Source: Lytechinus pictus (Eukaryota). Taken from it: DNA of 64,000 bases. How positions within the stretch are numbered: position 1 is the first letter of the stretch; each line of letters opens with the position of its first letter. Positions 62,760 to 64,000 of this stretch are shown here, piece after piece. The notes below the pieces were generated by a model that saw only the letters and a list, made by a program, of their open reading frames with translations, searched no databases and had not been told where the DNA came from. The translations under genes and the position numbers were made by a program. The DNA lies in assembly GCF_037042905.1 (NCBI RefSeq), contig NC_087249.1:18786001-18850000 (forward strand), in the 5' to 3' direction.

Positions 62760-63970
62760 GAGTGCATCATAGTGTTGAAACTTTGCTTGTCAATCTATCT
62801 AATGACATCTTGAAAGACATGGATAATGGAAAAATTACTGTTCTCTCACTTCTTGACTTATCTTCAGCATTTGACACTGTCAATCATACAATCATGCTAA
62901 ATACTCTGAGATCCCTTGGGGTTGATGGGATAGCTCTAGAGTGGTTTAAGTCATACCTATCTGAAAGGTTTCAAGTAGTCTGTATTAATAATTCAAAGAG
63001 AGATCCTGCTGAATTAGTTCATGGTGTACCGCAGGGATCAGTCGGAGGCCCGACCCTTTTCTCATTGTACTTGGGTGGTCTTAAACAGATTTTAAGATGC
63101 CATTGTTTTAAATATCATTGTTATGCAGATGATATCCAACTGTACACATCATTCCTACCTAACCAGACCAATGCCATTCATACTGTAAAAAGTCTTGAGG
63201 CTTGTGTTCACGATATCAATAGGTGGATGAGCTGCAATTCTTTAAAATTAAATGAAGATAAATCTGAGCTGCTGTTTATTGGCTCTAAAGCTGCACTAGA
63301 TAAGATAATACTTCCCTCTTTGAGAATAGGTAATGCTAATGTTATGCCATCAAAATCATGCAGGAATCTTGGAGTTTTGTTTGACTCAACAATGTCTATG
63401 TCTGCCCAGATCACTGCCGTGTGTAAATCAGTCAGGTATCAATTGCGTAATTTAGGCATCATTCGCAAGTATTTAACCCGCTCCGCTACAGAAAAGATAA
63501 TACATGCTCTGATATCATCTTGACTTGATTTTGGCAATTCTCTTTTGTTTCAGCTTCCACAATCCCAACTCTCACGCTTACAAAAATTACAGAATTCTGC
63601 AGCCCGTATTGTTACCCTTATCAGACGCTCTACTCACATAACTCCAGTTCTGTCCTCACTGCATTGGTTTCCCATCGAGTACCATATTGCATTTAAGTTA
63701 TTATTGTTAGTTTTTTACTGTATCCATGGATCTGCCCCAGAATATAATGTTAATTTGTTGATGCCATACAATCCTCCTCGACGTTTAAGATCTTCTGATT
63801 CAAATTGCTTACAGTTCCTAAATCCAAGAAATCATGGGGGGATCGGTCATTTGCACATGCTGGGCCATCCTTGTGGAATCAGTTGCCATATTTCAATCGT
63901 AGTATTTCAAATATCGATAATTTCAAAATTGCTCTAAAAACCCATTTGTTTAAAATTGCCTTCCAGTAGT
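62760..63970 (+). mobile_element. 5'-truncated L2/CR1-group LINE, degenerate reverse transcriptase
   Basis: HSVET, LLDLSSAFDTVNH, GVPQGSVGGPTLF, YADDIQLY, NLGVLFDS, LQKLQNSAAR, LHWFP. In-frame TGA at 63521 and a frameshift near 63810; the other frame ends ...FKIALKTHLF. Confidence 0.93.
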
Positions 63971-64000
63971 TTCCTTTCATTGTCATGACTGTGCTTCTGT

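Noticed and set aside
62693-63937. Functional reverse transcriptase gene
   Set aside because: 5'-truncated (no endonuclease), with an in-frame stop at 63521 and a downstream frameshift; a dead LINE copy.

Overview
AT-rich, repeat-dense animal genomic DNA. The repeat families and gene content suggest a sea urchin or another echinoderm (inference). Five spliced protein-coding genes were reconstructed by hand from GT-AG junctions with consistent reading phase, in alternating orientation: TCP1/CCT-alpha (-, exons 1-9, continues off the left edge), a secreted ependymin-related protein (+, 258 aa), an SLC16/MCT-family transporter (-, 474 aa), Pygopus (+, about 225 aa) and MRPL24 (-, 222 aa). Introns and intergenic DNA are packed with non-autonomous DNA transposons (Kolobok-, Harbinger-, Tc1/pogo-, P- and Helentron-like), truncated L2/CR1 LINEs and tRNA-derived SINEs. 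The least explained structure is four co-oriented, diverged copies of a ~300-380 bp module in TCP1 intron 1. Each keeps an A(A/T)GATGG-type core, a 5' splice donor and a terminal hairpin with compensatory and G-U changes on the + strand. Other leads: a Helentron-like element carrying tandem composite DR1/DR4 nuclear-receptor sites, a furin-cleavable C-terminal peptide on the ependymin-related protein, and a multi-level nested transposon stack in the Pygopus intron. Most short ORFs in the six-frame track are spurious.
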